NCBI RefSeq assembly: GCF_900289195.1
Contig: NZ_OMOH01000003.1
Coordinates: 296,697-328,696 of the forward strand
Direction of reading: 5' to 3'
Length of the DNA: 32,000 nucleotides
Origin: Propionibacterium ruminifibrarum
GTDB lineage: Bacteria > Actinomycetota > Actinomycetes > Propionibacteriales > Propionibacteriaceae
Below the pieces are notes generated by a model that saw only the letters and a program-made list of their open reading frames with translations, ran no database searches and was not told the DNA's origin. Shown one piece after another: positions 7,914-20,414 of this stretch. Made by a program: the position numbers and the translations under genes. Each line of letters begins with the position of its first letter. The first letter of the stretch is position 1.

Positions 7914-7939
7914 CTGACCCTTTCAGGAGCAGGAGTCGA

Positions 7940-9844
7940 ATGAGCAACACCGAATCGGGCGCCACCGCGGCCGAAGAGGCCACGCCCGCTCAGCTCAGCC
8001 TCGCCGGTGATTTCCCGGCAGTCACTGAGGAGCAGTGGGAGATCGAGGTGGCCAAGGTTCTCAACCGCGGTCGTCCACCAGAGAAGCAGCTCTCCGTCGA
8101 GCAGAGCATGAAGCGTCTGACGGTTCACACCGTCGACGGCATCGACATCAAGCCCATGTACCGGCGCGATGACGTCCCCGGCCCGCTGGGCTATCCGGGC
8201 GTCGCCCCGTTCACGCGCGGCACCACCGTGCGCAATGGCGAGGCGGATGCATGGGACGTGCGCGCCCTCCACGAGGATCCCGACGCGGACTTCACCGCCA
8301 AGGCGATCCTCACTGATCTGGAGCGGGGCGTCACCTCCATCTGGCTGCGCACCGGTTCCGACGCCGTCAACCCGGCCGACGTGGCCACCGTGCTGTCCGA
8401 CGTGCTCCTCGAGATGGTCAAGGTCGAGGTCTCCTCCCGCGAGGACCAGCAGGCGGCCGCCGAGGCCCTTCTCGCCGTCTACGAGGCCAGCGACAAGCCC
8501 AAGGACCACCTCGCCTTCAACCTCGGTCTCGACCCCATCGGCCTGGCCGCCCTGCAGGGCACCGCCGCCGACCTGTCCGGACTGGGCGCCTGGGTCGAGC
8601 GCATCGCCGCCTACCCGAAGGGCAGCGCGATCACCGTCGACTCGACGATCTACCACAACGCCGGCGCCGGCGACGTCGCCGAGCTCGCCTGGGCCCTGGC
8701 CACCGGAGCCGAGTACGTGCGGGCCCTCGTCGAGCAGGGCGTCGACGTCAATGACGCGTTCCGGACGATCGAGTTCCGCGTGACGGCCACCCACGACCAG
8801 TTCCTCACCATCGCCCGGCTGCGCGCGCTGCGCACCTGCTGGCAGCGGATCGGTGAGGTCTTCGGCGTCGACGAGGCCAACCGCGGCGCCCGTCAGAACG
8901 CCGTCACCAGCTGGCGGGAGCTGACCCGCGAGGATCCCTACGTCAACATCCTGCGCGGCACGATCGCCACCTTCGCCGCCTCCGTCGGCGGCGCCGAGGC
9001 CATCACGACGCTGCCGTTCTGCGCCGCCTTCGGCCTGCCCGACGACTTCGTGCGCAGGATCGCCCGCAACACCGGCATCATCCTGGCCGAGGAGGTCAAC
9101 ATCGGCCGGGTCAACGACCCGGGCGGCGGCTCCTTCTACGTCGAGTCCCTGACCGACGCCCTGGCCAAGGCCGGCTGGGCGGAGTTCCAGAAGACCGAGG
9201 CGGCCGGCGGCATGGCCGCCGCCCTGGTCGGCGGGCACGTCGCCGAGGTCCTGTCCGAGTGCAACACCGAGCGCGCCAAGCGCCTGGCGAGCCGCAGACA
9301 GCCCATCACGGCCGTGAGCGAGTTCCCGATGCTCGACGCCCGGACCGTCGAGGTCAAGCCCAATCCCGAGGCCCCGGCCCGCGGCGGCCTGGAGTGGCAC
9401 CGCGACTCCGAGGTCTTCGAGAAGCTCGTCGACCGCTCCGCCGCCCTGCCCGAGAGGCCGAAGGTCTTCCTGGCCTGCCTCGGCACGCGCCGTGACTTCG
9501 GCGGCCGCGAGGGCTTCTCGGCCCCCGTCTGGCACGTGGGCGGTATCGAGACCCCCGAGGTCGAGGGCGGCACGGTCGACGAGATCGTCGCCGCGTTCAA
9601 GGACAGTGGCGCGCAGGTCGTAGACTTGTGCTCGTCCGCCAAGGTCTACGCCGAGCAGGGCGTCGAGGTCGCCAAGGCCCTCCGCCAGGCCGGTGCGAAG
9701 GCCGTCTACCTGTCCGGTGCCTACAAGGAACTGGGCATCTCGGACGACGAGGCCGCCGAGATCTTCGACGGTCGCCTGTTCATGGGCATGGATGTCGTCG
9801 ACATCCTCACGCGCACGCTCGATGTCATGGGGGTGACGGAATGA
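7940..9844 (+). CDS. mutA: Methylmalonyl-CoA mutase small (beta) subunit
   Basis: The ATG at 7940 is preceded by AGGAG (7931-7935). The N-terminus [51 protein letters not shown] parallels the Propionibacterium MutA N-terminus as I recall it. The track ORF starting at 7676 adds 88 R/P/A-rich non-coding-looking residues. Confidence 0.95.
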   Translation: MSNTESGATAAEEATPAQLSLAGDFPAVTEEQWEIEVAKVLNRGRPPEKQLSVEQSMKRLTVHTVDGIDIKPMYRRDDVPGPLGYPGVAPFTRGTTVRNGEADAWDVRALHEDPDADFTAKAILTDLERGVTSIWLRTGSDAVNPADVATVLSDVLLEMVKVEVSSREDQQAAAEALLAVYEASDKPKDHLAFNLGLDPIGLAALQGTAADLSGLGAWVERIAAYPKGSAITVDSTIYHNAGAGDVAELAWALATGAEYVRALVEQGVDVNDAFRTIEFRVTATHDQFLTIARLRALRTCWQRIGEVFGVDEANRGARQNAVTSWRELTREDPYVNILRGTIATFAASVGGAEAITTLPFCAAFGLPDDFVRRIARNTGIILAEEVNIGRVNDPGGGSFYVESLTDALAKAGWAEFQKTEAAGGMAAALVGGHVAEVLSECNTERAKRLASRRQPITAVSEFPMLDARTVEVKPNPEAPARGGLEWHRDSEVFEKLVDRSAALPERPKVFLACLGTRRDFGGREGFSAPVWHVGGIETPEVEGGTVDEIVAAFKDSGAQVVDLCSSAKVYAEQGVEVAKALRQAGAKAVYLSGAYKELGISDDEAAEIFDGRLFMGMDVVDILTRTLDVMGVTE

Positions 9845-12048
9845 GTGCTCTTCCTCGTTTTGATTCTGTCGAACTCGGTGCGGGGGCCGTCCCGGCCTCT
9901 GCCGCCGAGGACTTCGCCCGCCTGGCCGCTGAGGCAGGCACCGGCGAGCAGTGGGTGACCCCGGAGCAGATCCCCGTCGGCACCCTGTACGGCGAGGAGG
10001 CCTACGAGGGCGCCGACTGGCTGGACACCTACGCCGGCCTGCCGCCGTTCACCCACGGCCCGTACGCCACCATGTACGCCTTCCGGCCGTGGACGATCCG
10101 CCAGTACGCCGGGTTCTCCACCGCCAAGGAGTCCAACGCCTTCTACCGCCGCAACCTCGCGGCCGGCCAGAAGGGCCTGTCGGTCGCCTTCGACCTGCCC
10201 ACCCACCGCGGCTACGACTCGGACAACCCGCGCGTCCCCGGTGACGTCGGCATGGCCGGTGTGGCCGTCGACTCGATCTACGACATGCGTGAGCTGTTCT
10301 CGGGCATCCCGCTCGACCAGATGAGCGTGTCGATGACGATGAACGGCGCGGTGCTGCCGATCCTCGCCCTCTACGTGGTGACCGCCGAGGAGCAGGGCGC
10401 CAAGATGGAGCAGCTGGCGGGAACGATCCAGAACGACATCCTCAAGGAGTTCATGGTTCGTAACACCTACATCTACCCGCCCCAGCCGTCGATGCGGATC
10501 ATCTCCGACATCTTCGCGTTCACCAGCGCGAACATGCCGAAGTGGAACTCGATCTCCATCTCCGGCTACCACATGCAGGAGGCCGGTGCCACGGCCGACA
10601 TCGAGATGGCCTACACGCTGGCCGACGGCGTCGACTACCTGCGCGCCGGCGAGTCCGTGGGCCTCAAGGTCGACCAGTTCGCCCCGCGCCTGTCGTTCTT
10701 CTGGGCCATCGGCACCAACTTCTTCATGGAGGTCGCGAAGATGCGCGCGGCCCGCATGCTGTGGGCCAAGCTCGTCAACCAGTTCGGTCCGAAGAACCCC
10801 AAGTCGCTGAGCCTGCGTACTCACTCGCAGACCTCCGGCTGGTCGCTGACCGCTCAGGACGTGTACAACAACGTGGTCCGCACCTGCGTCGAGGCCATGG
10901 CCGCGACCCAGGGGCACACCCAGTCGCTGCACACGAACTCCCTGGACGAGGCCATCGCGCTGCCGACCGACTTCTCGGCCCGTATCGCCCGCAACACCCA
11001 GCTGTTCCTGCAGCAGGAGTCGGGCACCTGCCGTGTCGTCGACCCGTGGAGCGGCTCGGCCTACGTCGAGCAGCTCACCAAGGAGCTGGCGCGCAGGGCC
11101 TGGGGTCACATCCAGGAGGTCGAGGCGGCCGGCGGCATGGCCAAGGCCATCGAGCAGGGCATCCCGAAGATGCGCATCGAGGAGGCGGCCGCCCGCACCC
11201 AGGCGCGCATCGACTCCGGGAACCAGCCGCTGATCGGCGTGAACAAGTACCGTCTCGACCACGAGGACCCGCTCGAGGTCCTCAAGGTCGACAACTCCCA
11301 GGTGCTCGCCGAGCAGAAGGCCAAGCTGGTCAAGCTGCGCGCCGAACGGGACGAGGAGGCCACCCAGGCCGCCCTCGACAGGCTCGCCTGGGCCGCTGCG
11401 AACCCCGATCCCACCGACCCCGACCGCAACCTGCTCAAGCTGTGCATCGACGCAGGTCGCGCGATGGCCTCCGTGGGAGAGATGAGCGACGCCATGGAGC
11501 GCAGCTTCGGTCGCTACACCGCGCAGATCCGGACGATCTCCGGCGTGTACGCCAAGGAAGTGAAGGATTCGGCTGAGGTGGACGAGGCACACGAGCTCGT
11601 GGAGAAGTTCGAGCAGCTCGAGGGCCGTCGCCCTCGTATCCTGCTCGCCAAGATGGGCCAGGACGGCCACGACCGCGGCCAGAAGGTCATCGCAACGGCC
11701 TTCGCCGACCTCGGTTTCGACGTCGACGTGGGCCCGCTGTTCCAGACGCCGGAGGAGACGGCGCGTCAGGCCATCGAGGCCGACGTGCACGTGGTGGGTG
11801 TGTCGTCGCTGGCCGCCGGCCACCTCACGCTCGTCCCGGCGCTGCGTCAGGAGCTCGACGCCCTGGGTCGCCAGGACATCCTCATCGTCGTGGGCGGCGT
11901 CATCCCCGAGGACGACTTCCAGGCCCTCCGCGATGCGGGCGCCATGGACATCTACCCGCCCGGCACGGTCATCCCGGATTCGGCGGTGCGTCTGCTCAAG
12001 GAACTGATCAGCTCCCTCGACGCGGACGAGGCCCCGGCGGATGCCTAG
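9841..12048 (+). CDS. mutB: Methylmalonyl-CoA mutase large (alpha, B12-binding) subunit
   Basis: The ATG at 9841 overlaps the mutA stop (ATGA). The protein is 735 aa. It has the mutase TIM-barrel region (…[48 protein letters not shown]…) and a C-terminal B12-binding domain with the DxHxxG motif ([11 protein letters not shown]). Confidence 0.95.
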   Translation: MSALPRFDSVELGAGAVPASAAEDFARLAAEAGTGEQWVTPEQIPVGTLYGEEAYEGADWLDTYAGLPPFTHGPYATMYAFRPWTIRQYAGFSTAKESNAFYRRNLAAGQKGLSVAFDLPTHRGYDSDNPRVPGDVGMAGVAVDSIYDMRELFSGIPLDQMSVSMTMNGAVLPILALYVVTAEEQGAKMEQLAGTIQNDILKEFMVRNTYIYPPQPSMRIISDIFAFTSANMPKWNSISISGYHMQEAGATADIEMAYTLADGVDYLRAGESVGLKVDQFAPRLSFFWAIGTNFFMEVAKMRAARMLWAKLVNQFGPKNPKSLSLRTHSQTSGWSLTAQDVYNNVVRTCVEAMAATQGHTQSLHTNSLDEAIALPTDFSARIARNTQLFLQQESGTCRVVDPWSGSAYVEQLTKELARRAWGHIQEVEAAGGMAKAIEQGIPKMRIEEAAARTQARIDSGNQPLIGVNKYRLDHEDPLEVLKVDNSQVLAEQKAKLVKLRAERDEEATQAALDRLAWAAANPDPTDPDRNLLKLCIDAGRAMASVGEMSDAMERSFGRYTAQIRTISGVYAKEVKDSAEVDEAHELVEKFEQLEGRRPRILLAKMGQDGHDRGQKVIATAFADLGFDVDVGPLFQTPEETARQAIEADVHVVGVSSLAAGHLTLVPALRQELDALGRQDILIVVGGVIPEDDFQALRDAGAMDIYPPGTVIPDSAVRLLKELISSLDADEAPADA

Positions 12049-13048
12049 GAGCATCGACGTCGATGCGCTGGTCGGCCAGGTCCTGGCCGGCCAGCGCACT
12101 GGCATTGCCCGTGCGATCACCCTGGTGGAGTCGGCCCTGCCTGCGCACCGGCCGCTGGCGCGCAAACTGCTCGCCCAGCTGCTCCCGTACGCGGGCAACG
12201 CCACGCGCGTCGGCCTGACCGGTGTTCCCGGCGCCGGGAAGTCGACGTTCACCGACGCCATGGGCTGCCGGCTGATCGACCGCGGCCACAAGGTGGCGGT
12301 TCTGGCCGTCGACCCGTCGAGCACCCGCACCGGCGGCTCGATCCTCGGCGACCGCACCCGGATGGGCAAGCTCGCCGAGTCCGACTCGGCCTACATCCGC
12401 CCGTCACCGTCCGGTGGCCATCTCGGCGGCGTGGCCCGGGCAACCCGTGAGGCCATGATCATCGTCGAGGCGGCCGGCTACGACACCGTGATCGTCGAGA
12501 CCGTCGGCGTCGGCCAGTCCGAGGTCGCGGTGGCCGGCATGGTCGACACCTTCCTCATGCTCTCCCTGGCCCGTTCGGGCGACCAGCTGCAGGGCATCAA
12601 ACGCGGCATCCTCGAGCTCGCCGACGTCATCGCCGTCAACAAGGCCGATGGCGACAACGCGCCGGCCGCCCGCTTGACGGCCCGCGACCTGTCCATCGCG
12701 ATGAAGCTCATCAATGACGAGTCCAGCGGGCGCCGCACCCCGGTCATGACCTGTTCGGCCCTGACCGGCGACGGGCTGGACGACGTCTGGAAGGCCGTCG
12801 AGGAGCACCGCGCCTGGATCGAGGAGACAGTCGGCCTGGCGCGCTACCGCGCGGACCAGCAGATCGACTGGATGTGGGCCCAGATCGAGAGTCAGGTGCT
12901 CGACTCACTGCGCTCGACCCAGGAGTTGCGTGAACTCGGCCGCGCCCTGGAGGAGAAGGTCGGGGCGTCCACCGAGAGCGCCCTCGACGCCTCGGTCGAG
13001 TTCCTCACCACCTGGGCCGAGCAGGTGCCCGGCTTCCAGTGGGAGTGA
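12041..13048 (+). CDS. meaB: MeaB/ArgK G-protein chaperone of methylmalonyl-CoA mutase
   Basis: Contains the P-loop GVPGAGKST, a [10 protein letters not shown] switch region and the NKADG specificity motif. It overlaps the mutB 3' end by 8 nt. Confidence 0.9.
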   Translation: MPRSIDVDALVGQVLAGQRTGIARAITLVESALPAHRPLARKLLAQLLPYAGNATRVGLTGVPGAGKSTFTDAMGCRLIDRGHKVAVLAVDPSSTRTGGSILGDRTRMGKLAESDSAYIRPSPSGGHLGGVARATREAMIIVEAAGYDTVIVETVGVGQSEVAVAGMVDTFLMLSLARSGDQLQGIKRGILELADVIAVNKADGDNAPAARLTARDLSIAMKLINDESSGRRTPVMTCSALTGDGLDDVWKAVEEHRAWIEETVGLARYRADQQIDWMWAQIESQVLDSLRSTQELRELGRALEEKVGASTESALDASVEFLTTWAEQVPGFQWE

Positions 13049-13073
13049 CCCGGCGCGATCTCCCAGTACTTGA

Positions 13074-15705
<2,632 letters not shown>

Positions 15706-15821
15706 TCGTTGAGACACGCGGCCGCACGGCACGGGAACCGTGGCGGCGACCGACGACCACGAACTGCCCCGTCCCGCCGGACAATGCTGGACGAGACACT
15801 CTGCAGCGGCGCCGCTCGCCG

Positions 15822-15827
15822 TAGACT
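15822..15827 (+). promoter_or_regulatory. -10-like TAGACT placed for a leaderless purD transcript
   Basis: TAGACT ends 6 nt before the GTG at 15834, with no SD in between. Confidence 0.4.
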
Positions 15828-15833
15828 GCCGTC

Positions 15834-17132
15834 GTGAGTTCTGGACCTGATGCCATCACCGTTCTCGTCGTGGGCTCGGGAGGCCGCGAGCACGCCCTGG
15901 CCCTCGCCATCAGCAAGGATCCTGCCGTGGCCGCCGTCCACGTGGCGCCCGGTAATCCCGGTACGGCCGGCTTCGCCACCAATCATCCGGTCGACATCCT
16001 CGACGGCCCGGCGGTCGCCGCGCTCGCCGTCGACCTGGGCGTCGACCTGGTCGTCGTCGGCCCGGAGGCTCCGCTGGTGGCCGGCGTCGCCGACGCCGTG
16101 CGCGAGCGCGGCGTCGCCTGCTTCGGCCCGGGTGCTGCCGCCGCCCGGCTCGAGGGCTCGAAGGCCTTCGCCAAGCAGGTCATGGCCGACGCCGGCGTGC
16201 CGACGGCCAGGTCCCGCACCGCCACGACGCCCGAGCAGGCGGCTGCCGCGCTCGACGAGTTCGGTGCCCCCTACGTCGTCAAGGCCGACGGCCTGGCAGC
16301 CGGCAAGGGCGTCGTCGTGACCGACGACCGCCAGACGGCCCTCGATCATGCGGCCGAGTGCGGCCAGGTCGTCATCGAGGAGTACCTCGACGGCCCCGAG
16401 GCCAGCCTGTTCGTCATCACCGACGGGGTCACCGCCGTCCCGCTGCCGCCCGCGCAGGACTTCAAACGGGTGGGCGACGGCGACGAGGGGCCCAACACCG
16501 GCGGCATGGGCTCGTACACCCCGCTGCCCTGGCTTCCCGGTGGCACCGTCGAACGGGTCATGGCCGAGGTCGTCGAACCCACCCTGGCACGCATGCGTGA
16601 CCTCGGTGCGCCCTTCACCGGCCTGCTCTACGTCGGCCTCGCCCTCACCAAGGCCGGCCCCCGCGTGGTCGAGTTCAACGCCCGGTTCGGCGACCCCGAG
16701 ACCGAGGCGATCCTGCCCCGTCTGAACACCGGCCTGGGGACCCTGCTGCTCGCCGCCGCAACCGGCGCGCTCGCCGAGCAGCCGCCCCTCGAAGTCTCCG
16801 GGGACGCCTGCGTCGGTGTCGTCCTGGCCGCCAAGGGCTACCCGGCCACCCCGGCCAAGGGTTGCGTCATCACCCTGCCCGACGAGCCCGAGGGCGTCCA
16901 CGTCATCCACGCCGGCACCGCCCTGGACGCCCGGGGGCGGCTCGTCGCCGCCGGCGGTCGCGTCCTGGTGGTCGTCGCCACCGGATCCGACATCGCCGAC
17001 GCCCGCGAGCGGGCCTACGCCCACATCGACCGGATCGACTTCGCCGACGGCTTCGCCCGCACCGACATCGCCTCGCAGGCCCGCCTCGACGCCATCGCCG
17101 CCCGCCTGGGCCGAGACAGGAGAGAACAGTGA
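15834..17132 (+). CDS. purD: Phosphoribosylamine-glycine ligase (GAR synthetase)
   Basis: The 432-aa protein has [14 protein letters not shown] at the N-terminus, an ATP-grasp region and [11 protein letters not shown]. Confidence 0.95.
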   Translation: MSSGPDAITVLVVGSGGREHALALAISKDPAVAAVHVAPGNPGTAGFATNHPVDILDGPAVAALAVDLGVDLVVVGPEAPLVAGVADAVRERGVACFGPGAAAARLEGSKAFAKQVMADAGVPTARSRTATTPEQAAAALDEFGAPYVVKADGLAAGKGVVVTDDRQTALDHAAECGQVVIEEYLDGPEASLFVITDGVTAVPLPPAQDFKRVGDGDEGPNTGGMGSYTPLPWLPGGTVERVMAEVVEPTLARMRDLGAPFTGLLYVGLALTKAGPRVVEFNARFGDPETEAILPRLNTGLGTLLLAAATGALAEQPPLEVSGDACVGVVLAAKGYPATPAKGCVITLPDEPEGVHVIHAGTALDARGRLVAAGGRVLVVVATGSDIADARERAYAHIDRIDFADGFARTDIASQARLDAIAARLGRDRREQ

Positions 17133-18562
17133 GCGTTCCCAATGTGCTGGCCACCCGCTACGCCTCGGAGCAGATGCGCCGGATCTGGTCGCCCGAGCAC
17201 AAGGTCGTTTCAGAGCGCCGGCTGTGGATCGCCGTGCTCGAGGCCCAGCGCGACCTGGGCGTCGACTTCGGCGGCGACGACCCGGACGTCGTCATCGCGG
17301 ACTACCGCAGGGTCGTCGAGCAGGTCGACCTCGACTCGATCGCCGCTCGCGAGCGCGTGACCCGCCACGACGTGAAGGCCCGCATCGAGGAGTTCAACGC
17401 CCTGGCCGGCCACGAGCACGTTCACAAGGGCATGACCAGCCGCGACCTCACCGAGAACATCGAGCAGGCGCAGGTGCTGGGCGCCCTGAGACTGATCCGG
17501 TCCCGCGTCGTCACATCCCTGGCCCGGCTGGCCGAGCTGGCCGCACGCTACGCCGACCAGCCGATCGCCGGCCGCAGCCACAACGTGGCCGCCCAGGTGA
17601 CCACCCTCGGCAAGCGCTTCGCGACCTGCGCCGATGAGCTGCTCATCGCCCATGCCCGACTGGACGACCTCATCGCCCGCTACCCGGCCCGTGGCATCAA
17701 GGGGCCGATGGGTACCGCCCAGGACATGCTCGACCTGCTCGGCGGCGACCTGGAGCGGCTCGCCGAGCTCGAGCAGCGCATCGCCTCGGACCTGGGTTTC
17801 CACCACGTGCTCACGAGCACCGGCCAGGTCTACCCGCGCAGCCTCGACCTCGACGCCCTGTCCGCCCTGGCCCAGACCGCCGCCGCCCCGTCCAACCTGG
17901 CCACCTCGATCCGCCTCATGGCGGGCAACGAACTGGTCACCGAGGGCTTCAAGCCCGGCCAGGTCGGTTCCTCGGCCATGCCGCACAAGATGAACACCCG
18001 CAGCTGCGAACGCATCAACGGCATGGCGGTCATCGTTCGCGGCTACGTCTCGATGATCGGCGAACTGGCCGGCGACCAGTGGAACGAGGGCGACGTCTCG
18101 TGCTCGGTCGTGCGCCGCGTGGCCCTGCCGGACGCCTTCTACGCCCTCGACGGGCTGTTCGAGACCTTCCTGACCGTGCTCGCCGACTTCGGGGCGTTCC
18201 CCGCCATGATCGCCGCCGAACTCGACCGTTATCTGCCGTTCCTCACCACGACGAAGATCCTGATGGCCGCGGTCCGCAAGGGCGTCGGCCGCGAGGACGC
18301 CCACGAGGTCATCAAGGAGAACGCCGTCGCCGTGGCGCTCGAACTGCGCGAGACCGGCTCCGGGACGAACCCGCTGTTCGACCGGCTGGCCGACGACGGC
18401 CGCCTGCGCCTGAGCCGCGACGAACTCGCCGAGCTGGTGAGCGCCCCGCTCGAACTCACCGGCGCCGCCCGTCACCAGGTCGGCCGGGTCATCGCCCGGA
18501 TCGAACCGATCGTCGCAGCCGACCCCGAGGCGGCCGCCTACCGGCCCGGCGCAGTGCTCTAG
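17129..18562 (+). CDS. purB: Adenylosuccinate lyase
   Basis: The GTG at 17129 overlaps the purD stop (GTGA), with GGAGAG upstream. The protein is 477 aa and carries the fumarate-lyase signature GSSAMPHKMN. The track ORF from 16862 is an in-frame non-coding extension inside purD. Confidence 0.95.
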   Translation: MSVPNVLATRYASEQMRRIWSPEHKVVSERRLWIAVLEAQRDLGVDFGGDDPDVVIADYRRVVEQVDLDSIAARERVTRHDVKARIEEFNALAGHEHVHKGMTSRDLTENIEQAQVLGALRLIRSRVVTSLARLAELAARYADQPIAGRSHNVAAQVTTLGKRFATCADELLIAHARLDDLIARYPARGIKGPMGTAQDMLDLLGGDLERLAELEQRIASDLGFHHVLTSTGQVYPRSLDLDALSALAQTAAAPSNLATSIRLMAGNELVTEGFKPGQVGSSAMPHKMNTRSCERINGMAVIVRGYVSMIGELAGDQWNEGDVSCSVVRRVALPDAFYALDGLFETFLTVLADFGAFPAMIAAELDRYLPFLTTTKILMAAVRKGVGREDAHEVIKENAVAVALELRETGSGTNPLFDRLADDGRLRLSRDELAELVSAPLELTGAARHQVGRVIARIEPIVAADPEAAAYRPGAVL

Positions 18563-18712
18563 CGGCTCGGCGCGCCAGGCGACCCGTACCCGGCGTGCCA
18601 GGGCAGGACATGCCACATCCTGTGAGAAAAAGCATGTCTTCGTGTCGCAGCCCCGGTCCAGAGTCATATCGGGCGGTCCGGGGGCTGGTCGCGGCGCACC
18701 CGCCGCCGTTTC

Positions 18713-19753
18713 TCAGAACTCCCCGCCGCGCTCGTCGGCCAGGCGGGCGCCGGCGTCGACGAAACCCGCGACGGTCACGACGAAGGCGCTCACCGGGCGG
18801 TCGCCCTCGGGGGTGCGGAACCATTCCAGACCCAGGTCGATCCGCGCGCCCCAGCGCTCGGCGCGGTCGACCACCTGCTCGATGACCAGCCCCAGCTGCT
18901 CGGCCGTGTCGAAGGCGAGCGCATAGCTGAGCGAGTCCCGCAGGATTCCCGAGGCCTCCTCAACGGGGATCTGTTCGGGGCTCAGCGAGTCGAGGTGACG
19001 CCGGTAGGCGAGCAACTCGTCGCGAGTGCTGGCGCCCTCGTCGGTGCGCTTGCTCATGAGACGCCCCAGCGAGGCCAGTTCCAGGCCTGCGACGACGATG
19101 AGCACCGGCCCCACCAGGACGCCCCAGTGGCCCGTCGCCATGACCTGAATGACCCCGAGCACCGCCAGGACGAGCCCGATGACGATGACGACACCGCCCG
19201 CCCATCCCCAGCGGTTGTTCACCGTGGAACCATGCTGGAACCAGCCGCGGCCCATCGTGTCCTCGCGCAGCTGGCGCTTGGTGCGCGACAGCACCTGCCC
19301 CGTCGACGTGACGACGCTCGAGAGGGTCACCGAGTCGTCGGGGCCGGTGAAGACCTGGTTGAGCAGGAAGTGCTCGAAACCGTGCAGCCTCTCGCCGTCG
19401 GTCCGCCTCGTCGTGCGGGTGAGCACCCAGTCATGGGCGGGACGGTCGGGATGCGCCAGCACGGTGATGGCCAGGAAACCGCGCTGGGCCAGGTCGATGA
19501 GCGTGATGAGGACGTCCCTGCTGGTCGTCGACTCCTTCAACAGGGTGTTGACCATGCCCGGCGTCAGGCCCGCCGGGGACGTGGTGACCGGCTCGGGTTC
19601 GATGAGTCCGGGACGGTTCACCGGGATCTGCTCGTCATCGGCTCGAAGCCGGCGGGAACGGATGACCGCGGTACTCGCGACGACGACGGCGGCGATACCG
19701 ACGATGAGCACGACGAGCGCCAGTGTGTCCACGATGCAAACCTCCGCAATCAC
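18713..19753 (-). CDS. Membrane protein resembling the C-terminal/TM part of DUF2207 proteins
   Basis: It has an N-terminal TM helix, then …GLTPGMVNTLLKESTTSRDVLITLIDLAQRGFLAI…, then two central TM helices. This pattern is one I associate with DUF2207. A GTG at 19732 preceded by GGAGG is a likelier start than 19753. Confidence 0.5.
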   Translation of the reverse strand: MIAEVCIVDTLALVVLIVGIAAVVVASTAVIRSRRLRADDEQIPVNRPGLIEPEPVTTSPAGLTPGMVNTLLKESTTSRDVLITLIDLAQRGFLAITVLAHPDRPAHDWVLTRTTRRTDGERLHGFEHFLLNQVFTGPDDSVTLSSVVTSTGQVLSRTKRQLREDTMGRGWFQHGSTVNNRWGWAGGVVIVIGLVLAVLGVIQVMATGHWGVLVGPVLIVVAGLELASLGRLMSKRTDEGASTRDELLAYRRHLDSLSPEQIPVEEASGILRDSLSYALAFDTAEQLGLVIEQVVDRAERWGARIDLGLEWFRTPEGDRPVSAFVVTVAGFVDAGARLADERGGEF

Positions 19754-19812
19754 CCTAGCGGCTGAATGTGGCCCCAGCGGAGAGGATCACACACCGGCCA
19801 TGACTACAGCTT

Positions 19813-19829
19813 TGTGAATGACCTGTGAA
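19813..19829 (-). promoter_or_regulatory. Direct repeat TTCACA-N5-TTCACA (read on the minus strand), a Pho-box / OmpR-family-like site in the divergent promoter region
   Basis: The + strand reads TGTGAAtgaccTGTGAA, with 11-bp phasing. A third TGTGAA lies at 19858-19863. Confidence 0.3.
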
Positions 19830-19904
19830 GACCGTGTTTCTCATTGAATGGCATCTTTGTGAACAAGCTATGGCCAGCCTGTCAATTGAATAATTCATGT
19901 CTGG

Positions 19905-19910
19905 CAGAAT
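19905..19910 (+). promoter_or_regulatory. -10-like CAGAAT (TGgCAGAAT) placed for a leaderless transcript of the glycopolymer operon
   Basis: The hexamer ends 6 nt before the GTG at 19917, with no SD. The 11-bp palindrome TGAATAATTCA lies just upstream (19887-19897). Confidence 0.35.
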
Positions 19911-19916
19911 GGACAG

Positions 19917-20414
19917 GTGCACACCCCTGAAGAGAAGAAGGGCCGTGTCACGGGCTACGTTCCCGGCGGCTTCGACATGTTCCACATCGGACACCTCAAC
20001 GTCCTGCGCGCTGCCCGCCAGCACTGCGACCGTCTGGTCGTGGGCGTCGCGGCCGACGAATCGCTGTACCGCATGAAGGGTCGCATGCCCATCATCCCCC
20101 TGCGCGAGCGCTGCGAACTCGTGGCCTCGCTGCGGTTCGTCGACGCCGTCGTGGTCGACCTCGACCAGGACAAGCGCCTCGCCTGGCGTCTTCAGCCCTT
20201 CGACATCCTGTTCAAGGGGGATGACTGGAAGGGCACCCCCAAGGGGGACAAGCTCGAGGCCGAGATGGCAGAGGTCGGCGCCACCGTGTTCTACCTGCCC
20301 TACACGCCGAGCACGTCCAGCACCAAGCTGCGTCGTTTCATCGCCCCCGAGGACTTCACTGACGAGGACGTCCTCGCCGAGGGGGCCGTGCCGAGCGGGG
20401 TGCAGGTCAGGTGA
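19917..20414 (+). CDS. Cytidylyltransferase, glycerol-3-phosphate cytidylyltransferase (TagD/TarD)-like
   Basis: The 165-aa protein has the nucleotidyltransferase motif GGFDMFHIGHLNVL (GxFDxxHxGH) and a TagD-like size. The alcohol-phosphate substrate cannot be read from the sequence. Confidence 0.8.
   Translation: MHTPEEKKGRVTGYVPGGFDMFHIGHLNVLRAARQHCDRLVVGVAADESLYRMKGRMPIIPLRERCELVASLRFVDAVVVDLDQDKRLAWRLQPFDILFKGDDWKGTPKGDKLEAEMAEVGATVFYLPYTPSTSSTKLRRFIAPEDFTDEDVLAEGAVPSGVQVR

Noticed and set aside
7676-7939. Longer MutA start at 7676, adding 88 codons
   Set aside because: The extension is R/P/A-rich and unlike MutA N-termini. The ATG at 7940 has an AGGAG SD and gives the conserved N-terminus.
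7718-12369. 605-aa and 882-aa minus-strand ORFs (7718..9535, 9721..12369)
   Set aside because: They are antisense shadows of mutA, mutB and meaB. They are G/R/D/V-rich with no motifs.
18607-18638. Intrinsic terminator between convergent purB and the DUF2207-like gene (GACATGC…GCATGTC)
   Set aside because: The stem is only 7 bp with an 18-nt loop and no U-tract, which is too weak to call. It is noted only because it contains a TGTGAGAAAAAGCA word resembling the one at 7109-7120.
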